From Bacteroidota bacterium (GTDB lineage Bacteria; Bacteroidota; Bacteroidia; Bacteroidales; UBA7960): a stretch of 64,000 bases of DNA. Shown piece after piece: positions 38,638 through 48,067 of this stretch. The stretch is taken from positions 251,520-315,519 of the forward strand of contig JBBISA010000001.1 of the NCBI GenBank assembly GCA_037441525.1, written 5' to 3'. Below the pieces are notes generated by a model that saw nothing but the letters and a program-made list of their open reading frames with translations, searched no databases and was not told where the DNA came from. The position numbers and the translations under genes were made by a program. Every line of letters begins with the position of its first letter. Positions within the stretch are counted from its first letter, which is position 1.

Positions 38638-41600
38638 TCAGCTATTTTTAGCTTTCCGATGCTGACGCAAAATTAAATCGTAAGCAATTGGGGTTGCATT
38701 AAAGAGTGATGAGTAGGTTCCTACGCCAATACCCATAAGCAAAGCAAACGAAAAACCGCGAATAACCTCACCTCCAAACAGGAATATAATTAACAACACA
38801 GCCAGTGTTGTGCCTGAAGTATTTAAGGTTCTCGACAGGGTTGCATTAAGAGCAAGGTTGATGTTTAACTTCAGATCACGTTTTGGAAAAAGTGTTGTGT
38901 TTTCTCTGATTCGGTCGAAGATAATTACTGTATCGTTGATTGAGTAACCGATAACGGTAAGGATTGCCGCGATAAATGTCTGGTCGATCTCCATCGTCCA
39001 CGGTACAATGTTGTATAGCAACGAATAAAGCGAGATAACAATTAGCGAGTCGTGGGCCAGAGTTATCAAACCGCCCAGACCAAATTGCCATTTACCAAAA
39101 CGGGCAGCAATATAGAGAAAGATAATAATAAGGGCCACAATAACACTGATAACTGCTCCCTGCTTAATATCGGCTGCAATGGTTGGTCCAACCTTCTGAG
39201 AACTTAAACGGCCAATAATTTTATCCTGATCAGAAACAAAGTCATCAAATGAAATGGGGGAAACAAAAAACTCTCCTACTCCTTCAAAAAGTTTTCTTTC
39301 GGCCAAAGAATCGGCAATGGCCGAATCATCATTAATAAGGTATTTTGTGGTAATCTTTACCTGGTTGTTTGGACCAAAGGTTTTTACTTCGGGGGCTTCG
39401 CCAAATTCATCAATCAGCGCGGCACGCATTTGCACTGTGTTTACATTCTGGTCGAAACGGACAACATAAGACCGTCCGCCTGAAAAATCAACTCCGTAGC
39501 TTAAACCTCTTACCAGTAAGGAACCAACTCCGATAACTATAACAATTGATGAAAGAATATAAAACTTCTTACGAACACCAATAAAATCGAAATTTACTTT
39601 GGTAAGTACATCCTTAGAAATTTTAGAATCGAAGGCAATGGGTATATTGCGATCTATCCAGTAGGAGAATATAAGCCTTGATATTAAAATGGCAGTAAAC
39701 AATGAAGAAAGAATACCAATTATAAGGGTTGTAGCGAAACCTTGCACCGGACCTGTACCAAAAACATAAAGCACAATACCGGTTAACAAGGTGGTTACGT
39801 TACCGTCGATTATTGCAGAATAAGCATTTTTATACCCATCCGAAATAGCGAGCTTCTGTCCTTTCCCTGCACGCAACTCTTCAAGGATACGCTCATAAAT
39901 AATTACGTTGGCATCAACAGCCATACCGAGTGTTAAAACAATACCGGCAATACCAGGCAGGGTAAGAACTGCACCCAGCGATGCAAGTACACCAAAAATG
40001 AAGAATATATTGGTAATAAGTGCAAGGTCAGCAACAAAACCGGCACGGTTGTAATAAATCGCCATATAAATCAAAACTATCAGGAAAGCGATCAAGAAGG
40101 ATGTAAGACCACTTGCTATAGCTTCTCTACCCAAGGAAGGGCCAACGATTGCTTCTTCTACAATACGTGCAGGTGCAGGCAGTGAACCGGCTCTGAGAAT
40201 ATTGGCAAGGTCCATGGCCTCATCCAGAGTAAAATTACCGGTAATTTGTGAACGGCCACCTGAAATTTCCTGGTTTACAGTGGGGAATGAGTAAACATAA
40301 TCGTCGAGAACAATCGCAATAGACCGCTGAATGTTAGCACCTGTTAATCTTCTCCATTCGCGGGAGCCTTCGCTATTCATGGTCATTGAGATTTCGGGGG
40401 CTCCAGTTGCGCTGAAATCATGGCGAGCATCCACAATTACCTCACCTGTGAGAGGGGGTTCTCCCCTGCTTGGAACCTTAATAGCAATAAGTTGAAGTCT
40501 GTTTTCCTGGCCTTTTTGTGATTTATGTGTCCAGAGAAGTTTAAGTTCACGTGGGAATAAGCTTCTGACAGTGGATTGGCTAAGGTACCTGTTTACCTTT
40601 GCTGTATCGGCAATTGCAGCAGTTCCAACAACCGGGCCATTGCCAAGGAATGGCTGGCCACTCTGCTGGTCCATGAAAACATTCATGGTAAGCACGGCAA
40701 ACAGGGGGTTGTTTCTGGCTAGTTCCTGGTCGGTGCCAGTTTCATCAGTGGCTCCGGAAAGTAATTCAGAAAGCTCGTCCCTTTCAGCTGCCAAGGTATC
40801 GATTGTTGCTGTTTCACGGGCAGGTTGAGTCTGGACTGCGGGTGTTTCAGCTACTGCGGTGCGTGGCATCATATCCCTCAACCTGTCATTGGCATCGGCG
40901 AAGAAAGAGTATATTTCAGAAAGTTCGTATGTTTCCCAGAATTCAAGACGCGCGGTTCCCTGAAGGAGCCTTCTTACACGGTCTTGTTCTTTTATACCTG
41001 GTAATTCAACCAAAATACGTCCGGAAGTTTGTAGTTTCTGAATATTGGGCTGGGCAACACCAAAGCGGTCGATACGGGTGCGCAGAATCTGAAATGACCG
41101 GTCGATGGCAGCATCTACTTCCGTGTTAAGAACAGCCAAAACCTCATCGTTGGTGGCATTAAAGCTAATGCGGTCTCTCATTTCTGGGGTAGAGAAAATA
41201 GCGGCCAGGCTGGCATTGGGATCGGTTTCGCGAAATGCACGCCCGAAATGGGCTACAAAACCTTCACGACTTCCCCGGTTTGCCTGGATGGCTTTTTCCA
41301 TGGCTGCAACAAAGGTGGGATCCTGACTATTGCCCGAAAGTGCTTTAATAATGTCGGGCACGGAAATCTCAAGGGTAACGTTCATACCCCCTCTCAGGTC
41401 GAGACCAAGGTTGATTTCGCGGTCTTTAACTTCCTTAAAAGTATACTTTCTAACCCCGAGGTTAAACACCACTTCACTTGCCATTGAATCGAGATAATAC
41501 TTTTCGAAACTGTGCTTGAGCGAATCAAGGAGCACCATCTCTACCAACTGTCCGCCACCTGAAAGATCACGGGCCTGGGTGTAAACGCGTTCAGATTGTG

Positions 41601-41715
41601 CGAAAGTTCTGGCATTGCGTTCAACTTTGCGGGCAAAATAGGTGAATGACAATTGATACAGACATACCAAAGCAAATGCAATGGCGAAAAATCGAATTAA
41701 TCCTTTGTTCTGCAT
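38638..41715 (-). CDS. secDF: Protein translocase subunit SecDF (fused)
   Basis: 1025 aa. SecD motif LGLDLRGGMNVTLE and two blocks of 6 TM helices with a large periplasmic domain. The fused form is typical of Bacteroidota. Confidence 0.93.
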   Translation of the reverse strand: MQNKGLIRFFAIAFALVCLYQLSFTYFARKVERNARTFAQSERVYTQARDLSGGGQLVEMVLLDSLKHSFEKYYLDSMASEVVFNLGVRKYTFKEVKDREINLGLDLRGGMNVTLEISVPDIIKALSGNSQDPTFVAAMEKAIQANRGSREGFVAHFGRAFRETDPNASLAAIFSTPEMRDRISFNATNDEVLAVLNTEVDAAIDRSFQILRTRIDRFGVAQPNIQKLQTSGRILVELPGIKEQDRVRRLLQGTARLEFWETYELSEIYSFFADANDRLRDMMPRTAVAETPAVQTQPARETATIDTLAAERDELSELLSGATDETGTDQELARNNPLFAVLTMNVFMDQQSGQPFLGNGPVVGTAAIADTAKVNRYLSQSTVRSLFPRELKLLWTHKSQKGQENRLQLIAIKVPSRGEPPLTGEVIVDARHDFSATGAPEISMTMNSEGSREWRRLTGANIQRSIAIVLDDYVYSFPTVNQEISGGRSQITGNFTLDEAMDLANILRAGSLPAPARIVEEAIVGPSLGREAIASGLTSFLIAFLIVLIYMAIYYNRAGFVADLALITNIFFIFGVLASLGAVLTLPGIAGIVLTLGMAVDANVIIYERILEELRAGKGQKLAISDGYKNAYSAIIDGNVTTLLTGIVLYVFGTGPVQGFATTLIIGILSSLFTAILISRLIFSYWIDRNIPIAFDSKISKDVLTKVNFDFIGVRKKFYILSSIVIVIGVGSLLVRGLSYGVDFSGGRSYVVRFDQNVNTVQMRAALIDEFGEAPEVKTFGPNNQVKITTKYLINDDSAIADSLAERKLFEGVGEFFVSPISFDDFVSDQDKIIGRLSSQKVGPTIAADIKQGAVISVIVALIIIFLYIAARFGKWQFGLGGLITLAHDSLIVISLYSLLYNIVPWTMEIDQTFIAAILTVIGYSINDTVIIFDRIRENTTLFPKRDLKLNINLALNATLSRTLNTSGTTLAVLLIIFLFGGEVIRGFSFALLMGIGVGTYSSLFNATPIAYDLILRQHRKAKNS

Positions 41716-42025
41716 TTTATCTGTTTTTAAATTTAATTTGTGTTTCCTGATTGGCGGAATATCCTGTTTTTATTATAATTAATTAGCGACAGGGAGTTTA
41801 CTAAAAAGGCTGCAAAGATAGAATTTCACCGCTTAATTTACAATGCATTGTTCGAAAACTATCCAACTTTTTGTAAATGTTAGATAACTAAAAAGGAAAA
41901 TCTTTCAACAACGCATTGTTTTAAAGGAATTTATCAATAAAAAAAAACAAAAATGGCTATTAAATCCCATTAATAAACAGCTGTGAAATAACATTGCTGA
42001 CGGCTGAAATCTCAATCAAAATTTC

Positions 42026-42063
42026 CATAAAAAAGCCTTCCTTAATGATTCAAAGAAGGCTTT
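42026..42063 (-). terminator. Terminator after the 2-oxoacid:ferredoxin oxidoreductase operon
   Basis: The minus strand reads AAAGCCTTC - 14-nt loop - GAAGGCTTT, followed by TTTTAT. Confidence 0.6.
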
Positions 42064-42080
42064 CAGGTTTTAATTGCGTC

Positions 42081-42635
42081 TTAGATTAGTAAATGGTGAG
42101 GTTTAATAATGTTCATCCCCGTTCTTATGGCCTCCTCGTTAATTGGTATGAGATGATGGTAACGTTCGGGGAGGACTTTTTCAAGACCTCTGATAACATT
42201 TTCTATTTCAAGGATTGGCTTTATCTTAAGAAATCCACCAATAACTATCATGTTAAAGACACGGGTATTTTTCATTTTCACCGATTCTTCGTAAGCATCA
42301 ATTACATAAATATTGATATCGGTTCTGACTGGTTTGCGGGTTAAACCATTACTTTCATAAATCATTAAGCCACCTGCCTTAATGGTATTCTCGAATTTGT
42401 CCATTGATGGCTGGTTAAGTACAATGGCAGTATCGTAAGCATTCAATACAGGTGAACTGATTTCACGGTCGCTGATAATGGCAGTACAATTTGCGGTACC
42501 ACCGCGCATTTCAGGCCCATAAGATGGCATCCAGCTAACCTGAAGGTTCTGCATAACGCCACTATAGCACAAAATCTGCCCCATCGAAAGAACGCCCTGT
42601 CCTCCGAATCCGGCAATAATAATTTCTTCGGTCAT
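42081..42635 (-). CDS. 2-oxoacid:ferredoxin oxidoreductase, gamma subunit
   Basis: 184 aa. Motif IAGFGGQGV. It is the last gene of a 4-gene cluster with 3-36 nt gaps. Confidence 0.88.
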   Translation of the reverse strand: MTEEIIIAGFGGQGVLSMGQILCYSGVMQNLQVSWMPSYGPEMRGGTANCTAIISDREISSPVLNAYDTAIVLNQPSMDKFENTIKAGGLMIYESNGLTRKPVRTDINIYVIDAYEESVKMKNTRVFNMIVIGGFLKIKPILEIENVIRGLEKVLPERYHHLIPINEEAIRTGMNIIKPHHLLI

Positions 42636-42646
42636 AGCAGTTTCTT

Positions 42647-43417
42647 TTAGAGTTTTTCATCAGGAACCTTAATATCGCCCAGTGGGTAGAACGGGAACAT
42701 GTTTTCTTCCATCCATTTGTTCGACTGAACAGGAGTCATTTTCCAATTGGAAGGACAGTTGGAGACGATTTCAACAAAGCAGGTTCCTTTGTTGAGTTTC
42801 TGATATTCAAGAGCCTTTTTTATGGCGCGTTTGGCTTTTCTTACATGTCCTGGTTTGTGCACTGCTTGCCGGGTAACATAATAGGTTCCGGGAAGCTGAG
42901 CTATCAGTTCTGTAATTTTCAATGGAGCACCCATGGTTTTGGTATCGCGCCCAAAAGGGGATGTTGAGCTTTTCATACCGGGCAGCGTGGTAGGCGCCAT
43001 CTGGCCGCCCGTCATACCATAAATGCCATTGTTAACAAAAAGGATGAGAATATTCTCGCCCCTGTTACAGGCATGTATGGTTTCGCCGGTACCAATGGCG
43101 GCAAGGTCGCCATCGCCCTGGTAGGTAAACACATATTTATCGGGGAATACCCGTTTGATGCCGGTTGCCACCGCAGGAGCCCTGCCATGAGCCGCCTCGT
43201 GCATATCAACCTCGAAGTAATTGTAGATAAGTACTGAACAACCTACGGGGGCAACCCCTATGGTTTCATTCTGAATACCAAGTTCATCAATTGCTTCGGC
43301 CAGTATCCTGTGGGCAGTACCATGCCCGCAACCCGGGCAATAATGCAATACCCGGTGGTTCATTACTTCTGTTTGCTTATAAACAAGATTTTCGGGTTTT
43401 ATAAGGTTTTCTGCCAT
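42647..43417 (-). CDS. 2-oxoacid:ferredoxin oxidoreductase, beta (TPP-binding) subunit
   Basis: 256 aa. Motif CPGCGHG and TPP motif YQGDGDLAAIG. Confidence 0.9.
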   Translation of the reverse strand: MAENLIKPENLVYKQTEVMNHRVLHYCPGCGHGTAHRILAEAIDELGIQNETIGVAPVGCSVLIYNYFEVDMHEAAHGRAPAVATGIKRVFPDKYVFTYQGDGDLAAIGTGETIHACNRGENILILFVNNGIYGMTGGQMAPTTLPGMKSSTSPFGRDTKTMGAPLKITELIAQLPGTYYVTRQAVHKPGHVRKAKRAIKKALEYQKLNKGTCFVEIVSNCPSNWKMTPVQSNKWMEENMFPFYPLGDIKVPDEKL

Positions 43418-43419
43418 GG

Positions 43420-44487
43420 TTATCCTCCTATGAGTTTTCGTTCGAGAGCCTGTAAAATTTCATCAGGATTGGGAATAACCCCACCATAACGGCCATAATG
43501 TTCCACTCTCGTTTTTCCGTTGACTGCAAGTTTAACATCTTCCACCATTTGGCCGGCATTCATCTCTACTGTCAAAATTCCCTTTAAATTCCCAGCAAGC
43601 CGGTTAAATTCTTCATAAGGAAAGGGATACAGGGTAATAGGGCGAATCAGGCCAACTTTAATTCCTTTGGCGCGGGCCATTTCCATGGATTTACGGGTAA
43701 TGCGGGCACTCGACCCAAACGATGCAAATAAATACTCGGCATCTTCACAATTGAACGATTCAAACCTCACTTCATTTTTCTCAATGTCGCGGTATTTCGC
43801 CTGTAAATGCAGATTCACCCTTTCCTGCGCTTCAGCCTCCAGTTCAAGTGATGTTATAACCCGCGCCGGCTTACCGGGCTTTTTGCCGGTAGTGGCCCAT
43901 TCAAATTCGGGTTCAACCCGCGGTATTTGCTCAAATAATTCCACCTTTTCCATCATCTGTCCGATGATTCCGTCAGATTGAATCATTACCGGAGTACGGT
44001 ACCTGAATGCCAGTTCGAAACCAAGTTTTACAAAGTCAACACTTTCCTGAACGGTAGCCGGGGCCAGCACAATGAGTTTGTAATCGCCGTGCCCACCACC
44101 CTTAACTGATTGAAAATAATCGGATTGTGATGGCTGAATAGTTCCCAGGCCAGGGCCACCGCGTACAACATTCACCAACAGGCATGGCAACTCAGCACCT
44201 GCCAGATAAGAAATACCTTCCTGCATCAGGCTCATGCCCGGGCTGGAAGAAGAAGTCATGGCTTTTTTGCCACATCCGGCTGCTCCATACACCATATTAA
44301 TAGCTGCAATTTCACTTTCGGCCTGAAGAACAACCATACCGGTGCGGTCTTCGGGTCGGGCAGCCATTAAATATTCAATAACTTCTGATTGTGGTGTGAT
44401 GGGGTAGCCAAAATAAGCATCAGCCCCTGCCCTTATGGCGGCCTCGGCTAGTGCTTCATTGCCTTTCATTAACCTTAATTCTTTCAT
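43420..44487 (-). CDS. 2-oxoacid:ferredoxin oxidoreductase, alpha subunit (Vor/Kor/Por type)
   Basis: 355 aa. Motifs GYPITPQSE and the LQAESEIAAINM pattern. Substrate specificity cannot be read from the sequence. Confidence 0.88.
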   Translation of the reverse strand: MKELRLMKGNEALAEAAIRAGADAYFGYPITPQSEVIEYLMAARPEDRTGMVVLQAESEIAAINMVYGAAGCGKKAMTSSSSPGMSLMQEGISYLAGAELPCLLVNVVRGGPGLGTIQPSQSDYFQSVKGGGHGDYKLIVLAPATVQESVDFVKLGFELAFRYRTPVMIQSDGIIGQMMEKVELFEQIPRVEPEFEWATTGKKPGKPARVITSLELEAEAQERVNLHLQAKYRDIEKNEVRFESFNCEDAEYLFASFGSSARITRKSMEMARAKGIKVGLIRPITLYPFPYEEFNRLAGNLKGILTVEMNAGQMVEDVKLAVNGKTRVEHYGRYGGVIPNPDEILQALERKLIGG

Positions 44488-44523
44488 TCGTTATAACAAA
44501 ATAACTCATTAATGATTAAATAA

Positions 44524-44739
44524 TTACCTCTCCCTATAAACGGTTATTACCGCATCGGGGCACACAACTGCGCAATTGGCACAGCCTACACAATCATCAT
44601 TGACTTTTACAGTATAATGATAGCCCTTTTTATTTACCTCAGGGGCCAGAGCCAAAACCCCATTCGGACAAGCAGCAAGGCATATCTCGCAGCCTTTGCA
44701 CCTTTCGATTTCGATGACAATATTGCCTCGTTTAGCCAT
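44524..44739 (-). CDS. 2-oxoacid:ferredoxin oxidoreductase, delta subunit (2x[4Fe-4S] ferredoxin)
   Basis: 71 aa with two CxxCxxCxxxCP motifs (CKGCEICLAACP, CVGCANCAVVCP). Confidence 0.88.
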   Translation of the reverse strand: MAKRGNIVIEIERCKGCEICLAACPNGVLALAPEVNKKGYHYTVKVNDDCVGCANCAVVCPDAVITVYRER

Positions 44740-44805
44740 TATAGATGTTGATTTTTAGGGTGATAACTACAATTGTGTTTGATAAGGGATTTTTGTGTTT
44801 GACGG

Positions 44806-44813
44806 CAAAACTA
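44806..44813 (-). promoter_or_regulatory. Candidate -7 box for the oxidoreductase operon
   Basis: The minus strand reads TAGTTTTG (TAnnTTTG), 67 nt upstream of ATG 44739. Confidence 0.35.
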
Positions 44814-44892
44814 TAACTAATTATTCAGATAGATACCACTATTCAGAATTATTTTTAGGTTTGAAATCCTATTGTATTGAATCACAATTTTG

Positions 44893-44900
44893 TATTTTTG
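44893..44900 (+). promoter_or_regulatory. Candidate -7 box for the sanA-like gene
   Basis: TATTTTTG lies about 100 nt upstream of ATG 44999. Confidence 0.35.
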
Positions 44901-44998
44901 CCCTGTTGGCAGAGAAAACTGTTAATATTGACAGAAGATTGTCTTTGACGTAATTTGAGCCGATTTCCACCGTTTCAAATCTAAAAACAGGCAATATT

Positions 44999-45706
44999 AT
45001 GCTCATATTTAACAGGCCTGAAACAGTTAGCTTTCCCTTCATGAAAAAATTCAGGTATCTTTTTGTTCATCTTCCATTAAAAATTGCGTTCTGGGGATTT
45101 TCTGTGCTACTTTTTGTCATTGCAGCAAGCAATATTGTAATTCACCTGTATTCAACCAACAGATTGTTTGACAAGCTTGACATGGTGCCAATACACAAAA
45201 CAGCTATTGTTTTGGGCACCAGCCGGTTGCTAAAAAACGGGCAACCAAATCCATGGTTTTACAATCGAATGAATGCTGCAGCCCAGTTGTATCATGCCGG
45301 TAAGGTAAGATACATTATACTAAGTGGCGACAATCGCAGCATTTATTATAACGAACCCGAGCAAATGCGCAGAGAACTGGTTAAAGCCGAAGTTCCCGAT
45401 TCGGTTCTATATCTCGATTATGCCGGATTGCGCACACTGGATTCGATGGTGCGCAGCAGGGAAATTTTTGGGCAGGATAGCATAATTGTAGTTTCACAAA
45501 AGTTTCATAATCAGAGAGCAGTTTTTCTGGCCAGGGCCTACGGAATATATGCGGTTGGGTTTAATGCACCCGACCCTGAAGCACACCCATTGACAAGAGT
45601 TTTAACGCGCGAAATGTTTGCCCGGGTTAAAGTGTTTTTCGACCTTATTACAGGTAAACAGCCAAGGTTTCTGGGCGAGGAAATTGAAGTGGGCGGCAAA
45701 CAATAA
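44999..45706 (+). CDS. sanA: SanA/YdcF (DUF218) family membrane protein
   Basis: 235 aa with one N-terminal TM helix. Motifs AIVLGTS, YIILSGDN and VVSQKFHNQRA. An alternative start is ATG 45041. Confidence 0.8.
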   Translation: MLIFNRPETVSFPFMKKFRYLFVHLPLKIAFWGFSVLLFVIAASNIVIHLYSTNRLFDKLDMVPIHKTAIVLGTSRLLKNGQPNPWFYNRMNAAAQLYHAGKVRYIILSGDNRSIYYNEPEQMRRELVKAEVPDSVLYLDYAGLRTLDSMVRSREIFGQDSIIVVSQKFHNQRAVFLARAYGIYAVGFNAPDPEAHPLTRVLTREMFARVKVFFDLITGKQPRFLGEEIEVGGKQ

Positions 45707-45948
45707 GTATTTAAATAATTGATTATTAAATTTATATATAATCACAGAACCTTAAGTCCTTGCTGCAAAATTTTTTGTAGGTAAAATTGAGGAACAAAAG
45801 AATTCTTTAATACTTGCAAATTTGATGATTTGGTCCCGAAAGGGTGATTTCAATAAGGAATTGTGCTGCATTAGTCATCGAAAAAATTTGAGGCCAATAT
45901 GCTAAATAATTGACAATAAATTCTAAACATTATATTAACACTATCAAA

Positions 45949-47982
45949 ATGAAAAAATTAACATTCCTATCTTTTCTATTAATCTTCACTTTAGCCCTTC
46001 AACTTAATGCCCAACAGTCCACAATGAAACCCGAAACTCTTTGGGAATTTGGCCGGGTTGGAAATTCAAGGGTTTCACCTAACGGACAAACAGTTCTTTT
46101 CACCATTACTACATTTAACATTGAAGCCAACCGGTCGCAGGTAGATATTTTTTCGATGCCGGCAAATGGCGGCACGCCGGTTAATATTACCAATAATACA
46201 TTGAATGAATCAAACCCTGGATGGCGCCCTGATGGCAAAAAAATTGGGTTTATTGCGCCCTTCGATGGTGCATCACAACTTTGGGAAATGAACCCCGATG
46301 GCACGGAGCAGAAAGTAGTTTCAGTTATTCAAGGGGGAATTACCGGCTTTGGTTATTCACCTGATATGAAGCACATTTTTTTCACCAAACGCGTAAAGGT
46401 TGATGTATCGCCCAAAGACAGATACCCCGACCTGACCATGGCCAATGCACTCATATACGATTCACTTATGTACCGCCACTGGGACAGATGGCACGATTAC
46501 ACGTACAGCCATGTTTTCGTTGCAACCTATAGCAATGGAACCATTGGCGATTACAAAGACATCATGGAAAACCAACCCTACGATTCACCTCTTGCCCCCA
46601 TGGGTGGTGTGTCGCAAATTGCATGGGCACCCGATGGCAAATCACTTGCCTACACATCAAAAAAACACACCGGAAAAGAAAAAGCCGCCGGGACTAATTC
46701 CGATATCTACCTTTATATTATCAGCACCAATGAAACCCGTAATCTTACCTCATTTAACAAAGGGTACGATTACTATCCGGTTTTTTCGCCCGATGGCCGC
46801 TATCTGGCTTGGCAAAGTATGGAAACTCCAGGGTTTGAAGCCGATAAGGACAGGATTCTTATTATGGATTTACGCAATGGAACCTGGAAAGATTACTCAC
46901 AGGGATTTGACCAAAGCTCCCGTGGGTTTGTTTGGTCAATAGATAGCAAAATCCTTTATTTTATAAGTGGCCACCACGCTACCTATCAGGTTTATTCGCT
47001 CGAGCTGGCAACCAGCCGCATCAAAAAAATAACCAATGGCATTCACGACTTTTTATCAGTGGCAATTGCAGGTTCCAATATATTAATTGGTGAAAGGGCG
47101 AGCATGTCGTCACCAACCGAATTGTTCAGAATCAATGCGGCAAATGGCCAGAGTTCACAGCTCACCCAAATCAATAAACCATTGTTGGACAAACTTGCTC
47201 TGGGCCGGGTTGAACAGCGATGGATAAAAACCGTCGATGATCAGCAAATGCTCGTTTGGGTGATATATCCTCCCGGCTTTGATCCAGCAAAAAAATACCC
47301 TGCCCTGCTGTTTTGTGCTGGCGGCCCGCAGAACGCCATAAGTCAGTCATTTTCATACCGATGGAATTTTCAGTTAATGGCAGCCAATGGTTATATTGTT
47401 GTAGCGCCCAACCGGCGTGGTGTGCCTACCTTTGGCCAGGCCTGGAACGACCAGATAATTGAGGATTATGGCGGATTGAATATGCAGGACCTTATGCAGG
47501 CCATTAAAGAAGTAAGCAAAGAGCCATTTGTAGATGAAAATCGCCTGGGTGCTGTTGGGGCAAGTTATGGTGGTTACTCTGTTTTCTGGCTTGCCGGCAA
47601 TCACAATGGATTGTTTAAGTCGTTTATTGCCCATTGCGGAATGTTTAACTTCGAAAGCTGGTATGGAACTACTGAGGAGATGTTTTTTGCCAATCATGAC
47701 CTGGGCGGCCCTTACTGGGCTGAACCCCGGCCACTAAGTTACGATTTTTCGCCTCATCTTTTTGTTTCGCGCTGGGATACTCCTATTATGGTTATTCATG
47801 GTGCCAAAGATTACCGGGTGCCATTATCGGAGGGGATGCAGGCTTTTAATGCAGCCCAGTTGCGGGGTATTCCAAGCAGGTTGCTGGTTTTTCCCGAAGA
47901 GAACCATTGGGTCTTGCAACCCCAGAACAGCATACTCTGGCAAAGAGAGTTTTTCAGATGGCTCGACCAATGGCTCAAATAA
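45949..47982 (+). CDS. S9-family serine peptidase (prolyl oligopeptidase / acylaminoacyl-peptidase type), secreted
   Basis: Signal peptide MKKLTFLSFLLIFTLALQLNAQQ and an N-terminal beta-propeller. Catalytic triad motifs GASYGGYS, HGAKDYRVP and EENHW. The listed ORF starts at 45910. Confidence 0.88.
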   Translation: MKKLTFLSFLLIFTLALQLNAQQSTMKPETLWEFGRVGNSRVSPNGQTVLFTITTFNIEANRSQVDIFSMPANGGTPVNITNNTLNESNPGWRPDGKKIGFIAPFDGASQLWEMNPDGTEQKVVSVIQGGITGFGYSPDMKHIFFTKRVKVDVSPKDRYPDLTMANALIYDSLMYRHWDRWHDYTYSHVFVATYSNGTIGDYKDIMENQPYDSPLAPMGGVSQIAWAPDGKSLAYTSKKHTGKEKAAGTNSDIYLYIISTNETRNLTSFNKGYDYYPVFSPDGRYLAWQSMETPGFEADKDRILIMDLRNGTWKDYSQGFDQSSRGFVWSIDSKILYFISGHHATYQVYSLELATSRIKKITNGIHDFLSVAIAGSNILIGERASMSSPTELFRINAANGQSSQLTQINKPLLDKLALGRVEQRWIKTVDDQQMLVWVIYPPGFDPAKKYPALLFCAGGPQNAISQSFSYRWNFQLMAANGYIVVAPNRRGVPTFGQAWNDQIIEDYGGLNMQDLMQAIKEVSKEPFVDENRLGAVGASYGGYSVFWLAGNHNGLFKSFIAHCGMFNFESWYGTTEEMFFANHDLGGPYWAEPRPLSYDFSPHLFVSRWDTPIMVIHGAKDYRVPLSEGMQAFNAAQLRGIPSRLLVFPEENHWVLQPQNSILWQREFFRWLDQWLK

Positions 47983-48067
47983 CCTTATTTTCCAATGAAT
48001 GTCCGGCTGTTTTTTTAGTAATTTTGGCACCCGGACTTTCGTTTTTCCCGAAACAACCTAATCTAAT

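Noticed and set aside
46445-46942. 165-aa alternative-frame ORF inside the S9 peptidase gene
   Set aside because: It is on the same strand but out of frame with a gene that has a complete catalytic triad. Its Pro/Thr/Trp-rich translation is typical of an off-frame reading.
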